Below are positions 63,700 through 64,000 of a DNA stretch of 64,000 nt, one piece after another; position 1 is the stretch's first letter; the number at the start of each line of letters is the position of its first letter. The notes beneath the pieces were generated by a model, which saw only the letters and a program-made list of their open reading frames with translations, was not told where the DNA came from and did no database searches. The position numbers and the translations under genes are program-made. Origin of the DNA: Euglena gracilis (taxonomy: Eukaryota). Location: the NCBI GenBank assembly GCA_039621445.1, contig CP154954.1:23138954-23202953 (forward strand). The letters run 5' to 3'.

Positions 63700-64000
63700 C
63701 GAAAAACCCTTTTCCCAACTTCCCGAGAAGCAAAGCACAGAGAGAGGATGGGAAAGGATAACGGACTATAATAAGTCCGAGGAAGAAAGGGGAAAATAAA
63801 TAATATAAAGAATACCACCTGTGGAGAGAGAAGGGGCACCCATTAGGAGATCCTAATAGGATCTGCTTCCATCCTAACTTCCTCAACGGAAGTGGACAGA
63901 AGCGTACGCCTGGTACACATCCCCCTCCCAGGGCTATGCCCGATTTCCCCTTTGGACCAGGCATTCTGGCCACAGGGATTTCGGACACAGACCTGGTCTG

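Overview
Repeat-dense eukaryotic DNA made up largely of nested, decayed Ty3/Gypsy LTR retrotransposons with a chromodomain after the integrase; no host gene is recognisable. Layout: (A) a + strand pol remnant at 1-3843. (B) A + strand element at ~6300-9795 plus 34723-38400, split by (C). (C) A minus-strand LTR-internal-LTR-internal-LTR tandem element at 9796-34722, with a GAAG target-site duplication (TSD), tRNA-iMet-like PBS and PPT. Then a degenerate satellite (40.4-42.3 kb) and a ~360-bp direct-repeat-bounded unit with hairpin arrays (42.3-45.5 kb). (D) A non-autonomous LTR element at 47062-52296, followed by a long CAA tract. (E) A further Gypsy element whose pol appears inverted relative to its gag. 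Main observation: these elements carry DNA methyltransferase domains between the Gag zinc knuckle and the protease. Both units of C encode a C5-cytosine MTase. B encodes an N6-adenine (Dam-like, NPPY) MTase immediately followed by a C5-cytosine MTase. All calls are from motif reading by eye; no searches were run, and domain boundaries are approximate.
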